The translations under genes were made by a program, and so were the position numbers. This document shows positions 63,563 to 64,000 of a DNA stretch of 64,000 nt, piece by piece. Position 1 is the first letter of the stretch. The number at the start of each line of letters is the position of its first letter. The notes beneath the pieces were generated by a model. It was given only the letters and a program-made list of their open reading frames with translations, was not told where the DNA came from and ran no database searches. The stretch comes from Phyllobates terribilis. Its lineage: Eukaryota. The stretch is from assembly GCF_046119375.1 (NCBI RefSeq), contig NW_027362762.1, positions 190,092,001-190,156,000 on the forward strand, written 5' to 3'.

Positions 63563-63729
63563 TTAAGTTAAAGGAAAAGAAAGTCCCCATAGAGCCCTTT
63601 AAGACTAAAAAGTTCTATATATTTTGAAAGTGTAAAGGACTTGATTCTAGGGTTCCAATGTAGCAAAGAAACAAACATCATTACCTCTATAATTTAGGTT
63701 TAATTGTCCTTTTTATATTTCTACTGCAG

Positions 63730-63776
63730 CTGAAGAGGAGGCCAATGAAGTAGATGTCCTAGGAGATGATACTGAG
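63730..63776 (+). CDS. SARNP: SARNP exon 3 (gene continues beyond the window)
   Basis: 47 nt; (A)EEEANEVDVLGDDTE|GTAATT; phase matches exon 2. Confidence 0.93.
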
Positions 63777-64000
63777 GTAATTACGTTGTGAAAATTTTTT
63801 AATGTTCATTCTAACAGGAGATTAAACCAAGCTGCCAGTCCGTTGTGGTGACGTGATTGGACTACATGGCAACAGGTTTACTAGTCTTCTAGTGATCATT
63901 TTCTGCTGATGAAACAGTAAAAAAAAACAAAACCCATTATACTCCCCTTCTGATGGCCCACGGTCTTTTCTTCGCTGCGTCCGGTCTCTTGTACAGCTTG

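Noticed and set aside
1-64000. tRNA, rRNA and other canonical RNA genes
   Set aside because: None recognised by eye; a tRNAscan/Infernal run would be needed to exclude them

Overview
Vertebrate genomic DNA, most likely a frog (inferred from the TE families present, e.g. TTAA-targeting T2/Kolobok MITEs, L2 with a 2A-like motif and DIRS1). Three host genes are present in the conserved order DNAJC14(+) / ORMDL2(-) / SARNP(+). DNAJC14 has 6 coding exons (about 706 aa), ORMDL2 has 3 coding exons (153 aa), and only the first 3 exons of SARNP fall in the window. ORMDL2 and SARNP share a CpG-rich bidirectional promoter. Introns and intergenic DNA are packed with TEs: Tc1 elements of three catalytic spacings (DD37E, DD38E, DD34E), an internally deleted mariner, L2 LINEs (one with a 2A-like peptide), an end-complete DIRS1 tyrosine-recombinase retrotransposon (ITRs plus ICR), LTR and BEL/Pao remnants, and many hAT, Harbinger and T2/Kolobok MITEs, several of them nested. 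Most unusual observations: a repeat-spacer-like array of five covarying hairpins in the DIRS leader, minimal hammerhead-like motifs with a U3-A8 core variant, a perfect 121-bp duplication of a CTCF-like site, and a mariner derivative that keeps an open DNA-binding-domain ORF. All calls were made by eye, with no database searches.
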